From assembly GCA_964188305.1 (NCBI GenBank), contig OZ076900.1: a stretch of 64,000 nucleotides of DNA, one strand, 5' to 3'. The stretch is from Podarcis bocagei (Eukaryota). The translations under genes and the position numbers were made by a program. The notes under the pieces were generated by a model. It searched no databases. It was not told the DNA's origin and saw nothing but the letters and a program-made list of their open reading frames with translations. Shown piece after piece: positions 11,151 through 22,059 of the stretch (position 1 is the stretch's first letter; each line of letters opens with the position of its first letter).

Positions 11151-12954
11151 GTACCTTAAGGAGTCACCTAACACACACAACAGCCTTAAGGTAAATTTTT
11201 GCTACCTCTGAATGTCCACCTTTGCTCAGCCATTTCACATTTCTGATCCATCTGGATCTGCCCAATGTCCAAGAAGCAAACAAATGAATTAAAACCAATC
11301 TGCAGAAAGAAATACTCTACCTTGCTAAGCAACAATCCCAAGCCAGCCATACTGTTGTGCATAGTTTTGCCAGCTATCAAAATTATTTTTTGTACAGTTC
11401 AGTGCATTTGTAATTTTTAAATCTGACAGCTTCGGAGATGAGGTTGAGCAGGGTAGCCAAGCTAATGTGCAGAAATTAGCTATTAAAGGTAGGGTCACAG
11501 GAAACCATACAAATTAACCCCCTATAAGTGCTGCCTAGCATTGCATTAGATTAGATTAGTGGGTGCTTGTCGGAGGTTGGTGTTGAATGACAGGGGGAAC
11601 TAACATATTGATGTGAGAATCCCATTTGGATTACTGTATGTCTGGCAAATGTGCCAGTGAGTTCCATCTTAAAAAAGCAAAGTTTCTTTTAAGAGGCTTT
11701 TAAAATCATTCCCAGATACATTTTTTCACCAAGCACACAGACTTATTTTCTTGATGAAATAGCTGCCCCATGCTTTTGCTCAGTGCTCCTTTAAAGCCCC
11801 TTTCTGCTAATATCCCAAAGTTCAGAATATCATGATACTTTCAATCTTTCAACGTACCCTAACTGTAGCTGTAAAGTAGTACAAGTACCAATAAAATTGA
11901 AATGAAATGAATTTGTGGAACAAAGGCAAATGGTCCTAGTGTGACTTTTGCTTTAAAAACAAACAAGAAACCTTTCCCTGGTATTTCTCAGTTACTAATA
12001 CTGTTGCATTTAATACATGGTGCTCAAAGCACATTGTTTTATGGAAAGTCAGTTTGGTATAATGATGTTTCTACCTACCTGCAAAGAGGGCAAAATTGCC
12101 TTACTCCCTCTGTCTTGGGAGAGACTCGAGTTGGTCTCTTCCTGTGGGAGAAGGGCAGCAGACCATGTGGACAGGGGTGCTCAACTGGATGAGGTGATCC
12201 TGCTAGGGTATGTGGCTGCTCTACCTCTTCTATTCCCTCTGTTGCAGCTGCAGCAACCTTCCCCTCTGCAGTGTGGGTTTGGGCTAGATGCCATTTATGG
12301 AGCCAAATAGGATTTTGGGGAGAGCCCCTCACCACTTCACGTGACTCTAATATTTTGCCTACTTAAGGAAAATTGTTGCATCAATTTGGTTTGTTTCACA
12401 TTCAGTGCAGGCAGGAAAGATCAGGGAAGACCTTATGTCACTGGCACCCTAAGGCATTGTTGGGTTAGGGGGCTGTCACTGAGCCATCACCCACAACCTG
12501 TGGGTGCTTGGAGTGCCTTAGGACCTGGTATGCATCTTGGTGAACACTGGACTGCAGGGTCTGTGTTCTCATGTTGGGTTGACATACCAAAGACTCACTT
12601 AGCAAGGAGGGAGCATCTTTTGCTGGGGAGCCAACAAGGTGGAGGAATTTTCGTCTCTTACAAATGGATTCAACCCCTCCCCCCTCACTTACTGATTTGG
12701 CTTATTAGCAGATCCTCTGATCTATTGTATTAAAATAAGTATAAACTTTCCCTTCAATCAGGTGTGTTGAGTCATCTCTCAGGGTGTGTTGGCAATGCTT
12801 TACATTGTCATATGGGGATAAGCACAACCTGTGTTCAAATCCCATCTCAGCTGTGATGTTCACTTGATAACGTAGGAAGTTGCCTTATAATATCAAACCT
12901 TTGGTCCATCTATCTGACCCTTCCCTGAGCTATTGCCCTTTGGGAACATCACCA

Positions 12955-13125
12955 TACATAGCTCAGTGGTAGAACATCTGCTTTGCATGGAGAAGGTCAG
13001 TCCCTGGCATCTCCAGGAGAGACTCCCTGTCTCAAACCCCAGAGAGCCACCGCCAGTCAATATGAACTGTGCTGAGCTAGATGGACCAATGCAACATAGT
13101 ATAAAAGCTTCCCATTTCCTATGTA
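12955..13125 (+). mobile_element. Squam3-type tRNA-derived SINE
   Basis: TAGCTCAGTGGTAGAACATCTGCTTTGCATG head; GAGCTAGATGGACCAATG..GCTTCCCATTTCCT tail. Further degraded copies at about 14900-15045(-), 39480-39635(+), 49425-49490(+), 50970-51165(-), 55880-56025(-), 63330-63495(+) and 63830-63950(-). Confidence 0.8.
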
Positions 13126-13365
13126 TTAACAACAACATCAAGCTAATTTTGTAAACCAAGCGTAAGTCTGGGTGAAGTAATACTAGGAGAGTCAGGGGTC
13201 CAATGACAGGATGGAGGGTCTGCTTTTCACTGTATGTGGTGCTTTGGAATACTGGGGAGTATGGGACACTGAATAGATTATGGAGGAGTCTGTGTGTTTA
13301 GGAGGGCTTTGTTGGCTGCTGCCTCTGCCAGCAAACCTGGAACCCTGCCTATTCTGCATTTTAGT

Positions 13366-13669
13366 AGAAGAAGAAGAGCTTGGGTTTGATATCCCGCTTT
13401 ATCACTACCCGAAGGAGTCTCAAAGCGGCTAACATTCTCACAGAATCACAGAATCATAGAGTTGGAAGAGACCACAAGGGCCATCGAGTCCAACCCCCTT
13501 CCCTTCCTCCCCCACAACAAACACTCTGTGAGGTGAGTGAGGCTGAGAGATTTCAGAGAAGTGTGACTAGCCCAAGGTCACCCAGCAGCTGCATGTGGAG
13601 GAGCAGGGAAGCGAACCCAGTTCATCAGATTACGAGTCCACCGCTCTTAACCACTACACCACGCTGGCT
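13366..13669 (-). mobile_element. Squam2-type SINE carrying a ~58-bp CR1 3'-end insert (13440-13497)
   Basis: Matches 23800-24055 and 57078-57330 except for the extra ACAGAATCACAGAATCATAGAGTTGGAAGAGACCACAAGGGCCATCGAGTCCAACCC. Confidence 0.9.
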
Positions 13670-14599
13670 TTACCAGGTATTTACCAGGTATTTGAGGGCA
13701 GGGCTGGTGGAGGAGTTTGGTCTGGAGGAGTCTGTGTGTTTGCAATACTGGTTGATGGAGCTGCATTTGAATTTCTGAGATTGGCAGCATGGTTAATGAT
13801 GAGACTCACCCCCCTTATCCCCCACTGACCTGATGATGAACTGGTTGAAATATGTTAGCTATGCCACTGGCTACTTCAGGGTCTATGTTTTGACTGTTAC
13901 TTTTCTTAGCACATCCCATTTCTGTCTTTCCCATCATTTTAAATTTGGAATTGCTTTTTTATAAGTCACCTTTTTTGAAGGGGGGGCGGGTTGAGCTAAA
14001 TGTAAAATAAAAATATATAACACAGAAAGTGGTCTCTTATAGCCAACACAGCTATGATGATGGATATAACGCTTTTCTTTCACAAGCAAATCAAAAGAAG
14101 AGATACGGCCCAAAATTGTGTGTGTTTCTGAAATGTTTGTGTTTCTTGTGGTCAATAAGTTGTGCCAGTTCAATTCTCATCGTTGATCAAAAATTTATGG
14201 CAGCAAACAGCAAAGGTCATTGAAATGCACACAGTGTGTACATTTCCCATTACTTTTGTAGTCTCAGTTGTGACAGCTCTGTGCAGCGCTCATGCACATG
14301 TTTTCAAAAAGGACATGAAACTTGATTGAGACAAACTTTACTGCTCTTGCTCACACTCCTGATCTTTGGGTTCAGAGCTTCTGTTTAAGTTTATTATGAA
14401 CAGTTGAGTTTAACATGATTCTTAAACTAATCCAGACATCTGTAGATGCTGCCTGACACATCTCATCAATATTCGAATTGTGTTTGGCTAAGAGTGTGGG
14501 AGAAGCTCTCTTCTATATCTGTGCTAGATTTCTCTGGCCCATTCTGCCCAAAGAAGCCTGGTGCTTCTCCCACCCCCATATTATTTTTAAAATCTTATT

Positions 14600-14601
<2 letters not shown>

Positions 14602-14664
<63 letters not shown>
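14602..14664. repeat. (AAT)n microsatellite
   Basis: Direct reading. Confidence 0.97.
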
Positions 14665-14665
<1 letters not shown>

Positions 14666-17051
14666 TTCCACTACCCTATGTCTTAGTAAATTCCTCACAG
14701 GTCTTAAGTAATCTGCAAGCAGCCTTGTAGACAGTCATACTTCTTACCTGATGAAGCCTTCTCTGAATTTGGTAGCCCAGATTACCATATATAGGGTGGT
14801 ATTAAACTAAGTTTTACTCAGGGTCTAAACAAAAATTAGCTGAATACCACCCACAGTATTTCAGTATGTGGGGAAGCCTACCAAAGTCTAGGCCAACAGG
14901 CTTCATAGAAAATTATCTTATACCATTGGTCCATTTAACTCCATATTGATCACTCTCCAGGATTTCAGACAAGACCCACACAGCTCTACCTTAAGATCAC
15001 AGGGGTTGGACCTGGGACCTTCTGCCACTGAGGTGCAGCCCTTCCTCACCCCAGACATCATTGAAATGTGTGGGTAGTGGAACTAGGGCAGTGGCAGACC
15101 TTGGTAATATAGCATCCTATGCAAGACCAAAATTAATTGCCCCCTCCCACAGCCCTTGTGCATACCCTCCAAATGTCTTGATTTTCCAGGGATGGTTCTG
15201 GGATTATGAAACCATCTCAGCTTCTGATTTGATCCTGGAATGTCCCTATTTTCCCTGTCAGCACCATCAGCACTGAGCTCAGGGAGGAGGAGGAACCAGC
15301 ATTTGTCCTGAGTGGCGGCAGCAGTTGGGGCTGCCAGGGAGCATCCCACTGCGACTCCATGGTCCTCTGTTGAGCAGCTTGTAGCTGCTGCTGAATAATG
15401 TGTGAAGAGGAGGTGAGGCTGCATCCGCTGAGGCCCAGCCCCACGTGACATGAAGGGGGCAGGCAGAGGGCAGGGCCACCCTGCGTAGGAAGAAAGGGAG
15501 AGCGGAGTGCAATGAGTCTTGTTTTTTTTAAAAAAATATTAAATACTTTGTGTGTCTGTGTCTAATCTTGCCCCTTTCTAAAATTCATTTATTGGTGCAT
15601 TATTATTTTTTTCTTTTGTAAATCTACCAAGGAAAAAATAAAATAAAATCAGTGGAGGGCTTGTGTGCTGTGTCCCATTGGTGTAGAGGTGCCCCTCTTC
15701 TGATAGGATATGCTCTGAGGGGTGGGGAGCAAAAAATGGGGGGTGCTGAGGAAGATCAGTGAAAAATGCCCCTATTTTCATCTGATGAATGTTGGAGGAT
15801 ATGCTCATGCTGCCTTTCCCAAAGCTGGCTAAGTGAGGCACCAGGCTTTGGAAGGATGTGTGATAATCTGGCAGGGTCCTAGAGGTCTCCTTTCTCCTTC
15901 CCAAAGCTGGACATATGCTAACTAGGCTTTGAGAAGGAGACAAGGGGATTCTAGAACTCTGTTAGAGCCCTCACGTCTCCTTCCTGAAGCAAGCTCCCAT
16001 GCACTCTGAGTGGGGGAACCAGTCATGCTGCCCTAAATATATCTTTGTCCAGGGCTGAAAGAAGCAACTGAGGACAGTGCTACAAGTATAATATCATATG
16101 CCTTTACTACACACTTTGTTTTAAATGAATAGCACGTGAAGGGATCTGTTGCCTTTAATCTTGAGTTCTGGAGACTGCAAATTTATTCTGCTTTGACCTT
16201 TGTAGTATGAGCAGTGTAGGCATTGCCTGCCAGCTTCCTCCTCATCAGACTCAAGTGTTGCCCTTGGCAGGGAGGAGGATGTGGACAAAATGAGGTGGCT
16301 CTGCCTGCCATTGGCTCTGGATCCACCTATTGTTGGTCTCCCTGCCTTCTGCCCTACCAGTCTCAATGAGCACCAGCCACCATGGAGGACAAGCAACCAT
16401 AGTGTGGATTTTGCCACAACAGTGTCTCTCCTGTCTTTCTCCTCCCTTCCTTCTTAATGCAAGAGGCAATTACCATTGCTCAGGCTCTCATTTTAAACCT
16501 TATGTCACCCATTTATGGTGTTGTTCTGCATCTTATAATTGTGGAAGCAGCTAAAGTGGTTTTGTGGGGCTTCCCCCCTGCTTTTCTTTCCCCGTCTCTG
16601 TGTTTTTGGTGGACTCCTTCTTCATCAACAGCCTAATGAGTAATTTCATGCTTGAATTGGAAAAGCAAAGCCTATTTGGATGAGTGGCAGTAAAGCTGCA
16701 CAGACTAAAGAGTGGTGCCGATCCTGTTTTTGAGAACTCCTGCAAGCCTGCTCTTTGGAACAGAATAGTCTGGTAATCAAAGGTAATGCTCAGCTAACAC
16801 CATAATTTTAAAATTATTGCATCATGTGAGCACTCTTGTTTTGTTGTAATTTGTGTGCCATAAAAGAGAAATCTTAGTTTTCTTAACAGTACTTTATTGT
16901 ACTACCTTGACATTCTGCAGTGACTTTCTCTGCTGGATTGGGAAGATACCATTGTTCATTGGCAGAACAGGAGCCTTGTGTTCAGAAAGCTGCAGGTTTA
17001 ATGCCAGGTAGCTTCAGTTAAAAGCAAAGACTGGGTGAGGCAGACACAATA

Positions 17052-17277
17052 TAGTGGTACCTCTGGTTAAGAACTTAGTTCGTTCTGGAGGTCCATTCTT
17101 AACCTGAAACTGTTCTTAACCTGAGGTACCACTTTAGCTAATGGGGCCTCTAGCTGCTACTGCGCTGATGACGTGCAATTTCTGTTCTCATCCTGAAGCA
17201 AAGTTCTTAACCCGATGTACTATTTATGGGTTAGCGGAGTCTGTAACCTGAAGCGTCTGTAACCCGAGGTACCACTG
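17052..17277. mobile_element. Tigger-like MITE (CAGTGGTACCTC TIR)
   Basis: TAGTGGTACCTC..GAGGTACCACTG with TA flanks; reverse-orientation relative of 37513-37762. Confidence 0.9.
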
Positions 17278-18758
17278 TATGCTTGCTTTCCAGTGGTGTC
17301 TCACTGCTGCTTGCCAAGAGAAGGGCACTGTGTTTACCTCCCTGTCTCCTTGCCCCTCTCCCTCCTGGTAAGCAGCAGCTACCCACTAGGAGGTTAGAAT
17401 AGTGGCTGTGAGCTAGCCACTTCTGGGTTGAATGCTCCCAAGCTGCAGGACTGGGAAAAGGACCATGCCTGAGGCTTTAAAGAGTCACAGTCAGCTGAGC
17501 GAGACATATCATTGATCTGACTATAGCCCCATCGAACATTCAACCTGAACAAATGAGACCACACAAGCATGCAGGTGGGTAGAGTTGCATGCTCTGCCCC
17601 TGGGCCAATGTCCCCTACACATACTGATTCCCCTTCACTCCTGAGAGTTCCCAACTGAGAGGAGAATTCAAAGATCATTCAGCAGTTCTCTAGCCAGGTA
17701 ATGTGCCAGAATGTATATATATTGGCATGCAAAAGTGCACTGGTGAAATTGATATGCAAAATATGTCTATATTAGGTGAAATCACATACAACAATGTATA
17801 TATTACGAACAAATTTGCACTGAAATGCTGATTAATTTTAATGATGATTTGTTCTTAATTTTTTAAAAATAAGTATATCACAGACTGGAAATTTAGAGAC
17901 TGAAACTTAAGATTGGAAATATGGAAAACTGAAGCCAGCCTGATTTTCCTATCCCTACCACGAACCCAAGCCATTAGCGTTTTACAGCTAATAACCAGGA
18001 CTGAATTGTGTTGATGCCTCTCAATCAACCACATTGCTCCAAAAGTCTGACACTGCCTCATGAACTTAGCTTGATATACATCTGTGTCAATCCAGGTGCC
18101 AATTTTTTTTCCAAAGAATACAATGTCTTATTGATTCCTTCTTCTTTTTTTATTTCTGTGCACACGCTCTTCCTCACAGTCAAAATTAACTTTGATTTAC
18201 AGCAACTTGCAAGAGAACAACTGCAATGCCCATGGCGGTAAGCTGGTTGACAAGACTTTCTGACCTCTGTTCTTATTACAGGAAACACACCTGGAGTCAA
18301 GGTTAGCAGAACTGTGGGTACAACTTGATTGTGTCTTGTTATAATCCAGAAATGACTGGACTGCATTTACTTCCTACTGCTGCCTTCCAAGTGATTTCCT
18401 GCCTTAGCATTGAAAACATTTCAGCTTTTTAATTAACATTGGACCTTCATCCTTATGGGGTTTTTTCTTTTCTTTTTCTTTTTAAGTATTGATGATTAAT
18501 CCCATAGCAACCTTTTAATTGCAGTGAATTTTGAACAAATGTGTAAACCTGGTTGGTACTTATGTGTTAATGTCTTGTTCAATAGCACATTTGAATCCAA
18601 ATAACGTAAAATATTGATATGCTTATTCAGAGTTGATATGGAAGAATGCCAGGCAAATTAAATAATAAATAATACGTTTTTGATAGTTTTCTACAAAAGC
18701 CACTCTCCTACTCTTCTACTCTCCTACCCTAAATCTGAAATACAGTAACTGGAGTATC

Positions 18759-19250
18759 TTATTGTTGGCATCCACCTGTCTCAAGAAACAATGAACCGTG
18801 CCTCCAGGGGCGAAGTCAACCACTGCATTAGCAGTACCAAAGCGGCCTCCTCAGGGTGCAAGCCTGGGCAGCATGTATGGCGATCCTGAGCTGCCCAGAC
18901 AACTGGCTGCAGTAGTTGCTGAAAGGAGACATACAAGGCACCACCTAACCATCTCAGGATTCCACTCTGTATTTGTGTAGGCTTTACTCCTTAGCCTTTG
19001 CTTCTCCCAAAGATATCCCACAAGGCATTGTAGGTTTAGTATCAGAGTTTTCTTTCTACAAGTTGGGCTACCTTCCCAAGTTAATGAGCCCCACTTGCTG
19101 CTCATTTCCCTCCACAGCACATGCCAAAACCGCCTTCTTGTCTGTTGGACCCACCATTGGTCTCATCCGCTCAATCAACCAGAGCCTGTCTTTGCACACA
19201 AGGGAAGTTCCTAATTCATGGAGGCTTTAAGACCCATTGGCTACCCTCAG
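18759..19250 (-). mobile_element. RTE-derived non-autonomous (bipartite) retroelement
   Basis: Minus 3' end CATTGTTTCTTGAGACAGGTGGATGCC-AACAATAA resembles RTE 3' termini; the body (..GGGCTACCTTCCCAAGTTAATGAGCCCCA.. on the plus strand) resembles RTE 5' UTR sequence; no RT-coding sequence between them. Assignment is from recall. Confidence 0.55.
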
Positions 19251-19310
19251 TTTGATTAGAGAACTGCATTGAAAAATTCAGATAAGTGTGAATTTCAAAA
19301 GAAAAGAAAG

Positions 19311-19353
19311 GGAAGGAAGGAAGGAAGGAAGGAAGGAAGGAAGGAAGGAAGGA
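19311..19353. repeat. (GGAA)n microsatellite
   Basis: Direct reading. Confidence 0.95.
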
Positions 19354-19369
19354 ACCTCCCAATATGGTC

Positions 19370-19790
19370 AGATGGGGTGTATAAAATTATGCATGTGGGA
19401 AAAGTGGATAGAGAGGCACTTTTCTCTGTTTTGCAATTGGGAGATTTAGGGTAGACAAATGGAAGTGCTTTTTTCATGCAGTGCATAGTTGAACTCTGGA
19501 ATCTACTGCCATTAAGTTGTAGTCATGGCTAATGGCATGAAGGGGAGTTAGTCAAATTCACTCTGGATAAGGCTATCTGTGGCTACTAGTCATGATGGCC
19601 GTTCTCAGAGACAGCGTGCCTCTGTATGGCTGTTGTTTAGGAGCACAGGTGCAGAGAGTGTCTATTGTGTTTGGATCCTGCAAGAAGGTTTTCAATAGGC
19701 GCCTGGCTGATCACTCTGTGAACAGGATGTAGGAAAAGATAGCCCTTTGGTCTGATCTGGCAGGACTTTTCTTACCTCTTTATGTTCTTA
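19370..19790 (+). mobile_element. Old CR1 3' fragment
   Basis: VYKIMH..KVDRE.LFS-like remnant of the CR1 ORF2 end; 3' UTR ending TTATGTTCTTATG. Confidence 0.75.
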
Positions 19791-19906
19791 TGTGGAATTG
19801 ACACAGAATGTTGACTGATTCTTCAAGGAGGTTGGGGGAAAACATGAAGTGAGTGATGAAACGGAATACTTTGGAATGGGGTAGGGTTGTTTGGAACCCT
19901 GACTGG

Positions 19907-20036
19907 NNNNNNNNNNNNNNNNNNNNNNNNNNNNNNNNNNNNNNNNNNNNNNNNNNNNNNNNNNNNNNNNNNNNNNNNNNNNNNNNNNNNNNNNNNNNNN
20001 NNNNNNNNNNNNNNNNNNNNNNNNNNNNNNNNNNNN
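19907..20036. other. Assembly gap (130 N)
   Basis: Run of N. Confidence 1.
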
Positions 20037-20942
20037 TCTAAAAAGTAGGGTGTCCACTTTGAAGAATATGCCGTTTAAACTCCCCCATTGTGGAAAGACA
20101 AAGAATACATGTGCTCTCTGGGGTGTATTGCTGCCACTGCAAGCTTTCAATAATGCATTGTAGCTGGTGCTTCAGGCTATGGCACTTCCAATATATTTGA
20201 ACAGCCAGCTTTGGCCATCTCTGTGGGGAGCTCTGAATTATGGATAGGAACAAACTACACCTTCTGATGGCATTGTGTCGGCACCAAATAAAAATTTCCT
20301 CCTTCAAACCTTTGTTTTTTTCAGTATGGTGGCATTAAAAAAAAAGTCATGTTGTATTGGTAACAGGGCTTCCAATAAAATGATTATTCGTGTTAAACCC
20401 AATGGATTTGGTAATTGGCCTACCTACCATAATTTTTTTCTGTGCATTCTTTTTCTTTCCTCTCTTGGGGATTTCTCCTGTTTTCTAGGGCTCCTGATAC
20501 CATTTCCACTCTGATGACTCCCATATCTCTTTTTTCCACTCCTGACCTTTCAGACATTCTCTGATATTCTTCCTCCCACCAGCTTGGAGGCCTTTAAAAG
20601 AGGATTGAGCAAATTCATGGAGGACAAGGACATTGATGGCTACTAGCCACAATCACTGTGCTCTGTCATCTGAAGGCAGGAATGTTTCTGAATACCAGTT
20701 TCTGGAAAACACAGGAGGGAAGAATGCTCTTGTGCGCATGTCCTGCTTGCAGGTTTCCCACAGGTATCTGGTTGGCCACTGATTCCTGCATTGCAGGGAG
20801 TTGGACTAGATGACCTTCAGGGTCGCCTACAATTCTATGGTTGTGTGTCCAGACCTTTAAACCTCCCTCTTAAATAAATTCAGACAAGACTCAAATTTTG
20901 GTTTGGTTTTTGGCAGAATTTAGGCCACAACTTTATTGATTA

Positions 20943-21983
20943 CTGGATGGCCATAACCTTGAACAGATTAAATACTTCAGTTATCTAGGGCTCACATTCC
21001 ATCATACAGGATCTTGGAAGCACCACTGGCAAACCTCCCTTCAAAAGGCGGAGATCACAAAGCTAGCCATACCCAGATTCTTTTCCACAAAGGGCGGCAA
21101 ATATGTTCCAGCAGCCTTAAGGGTTTTCAACGCAAAACCCGTTCCCCAACTCCTGTACGCTGCAAATGTCTGGCATAATGGGGACCTGCCAAAGCTAGAT
21201 GGCTTTCAGGCAAAATATCTACGATCTCTGCTGCAGGTACCCAACTGCGTCCCCAACTCCATACTTCTGTTAGAAGCTCGTGAATGCCCAATTTCAACTA
21301 AAGTGTGGTGGGCTGCCCAAAAACATTGGCTCAGGATTTCAGTGTTTGATCTAGGGAAGGGTTTGTACCAACACCTGACCAATGAGGAATTTGTCAGCAA
21401 ATGGCAGAAAACCATGGCTAGAAAAGCCACCCCTATTGGTCTGTCACCCCCCCCCCTTTATTACCTGGATTATGAAGGAGCCCTAAAGATGTTAAAGCAA
21501 AGATTATGGGATAATACACACAGTGACTTGCAATCTCGATCACATGCAGTCTGTAGTCCGCTGGCAGTAGGAGTACAATATGGGCATGTCTTTAAGTTAA
21601 CACCTTACATTAAAAACCTGACAGTACCAAATTATAGGAGGTTATTCTCCAAAGCCAGACTAAACGTCTTTCCTTCTGCAGTGTTGGATGGCAGGTTGAG
21701 AGGAGTTCACTACCAGGACAGACTTTGCTCATGTGCTCAAGAGATTGATTCTATAAAACATATTTTGCTGTACTGTGCGAAATATGAGCAAGCCAGGGCT
21801 GAACTGATATTACCCTTGCTGGTGCCTTTCCCAGGAAAATCAGAGACTCACTATGTCAGGTTCCTATTGGAAGACCGGACAAACGCTAGAACATTAGCAG
21901 TGGCGAAGTTTTATCAGTGGTTGCAAGAACCAATGATCCTTATCTTTATGTCTGAACAAAATGCTTGTTTAACCTGGAGGTAG
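20943..21983 (+). CDS. Partial LINE ORF2 (RT end, thumb, zinc knuckle); open frame without its own start codon
   Basis: Frame is open from the insertion edge: LDGHNLEQIKYFSYLGLTF..VFNAKPVPQLLYAANVW..FQAKYLRSLLQVPNCVPN.., continuing into track ORF 21303-21983. A TE remnant, not a host gene. Confidence 0.75.
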   Translation: MDGHNLEQIKYFSYLGLTFHHTGSWKHHWQTSLQKAEITKLAIPRFFSTKGGKYVPAALRVFNAKPVPQLLYAANVWHNGDLPKLDGFQAKYLRSLLQVPNCVPNSILLLEARECPISTKVWWAAQKHWLRISVFDLGKGLYQHLTNEEFVSKWQKTMARKATPIGLSPPPLYYLDYEGALKMLKQRLWDNTHSDLQSRSHAVCSPLAVGVQYGHVFKLTPYIKNLTVPNYRRLFSKARLNVFPSAVLDGRLRGVHYQDRLCSCAQEIDSIKHILLYCAKYEQARAELILPLLVPFPGKSETHYVRFLLEDRTNARTLAVAKFYQWLQEPMILIFMSEQNACLTWR

Positions 21984-22059
21984 GCTGTCTGAATTGTGCA
22001 TTGCTTTGTAACGATTTGTTGGGTCTCTGGACCGTAATAAAGATTGATTGATTGATTGA
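20944..22059 (+). mobile_element. RTE-X-like LINE, 5'-truncated, young
   Basis: 11-bp TSD TTATTGATTAC (20933-20943 and 22060-22070); AATAAA then a (GATT)n tail; RT C-terminal motif FSYLG, thumb-region LLYAANVW and a C-terminal RLCSC..HILLYC knuckle. Confidence 0.85.

Noticed and set aside
13820-13870. Possible Penelope-type minimal hammerhead (CTGATGA-TGAACTGGTT-GAAA-TATGTTA)
   Set aside because: Core motifs are present, but stem I does not pair, stem II is marginal and there is no Penelope ORF nearby. At best a decayed remnant.
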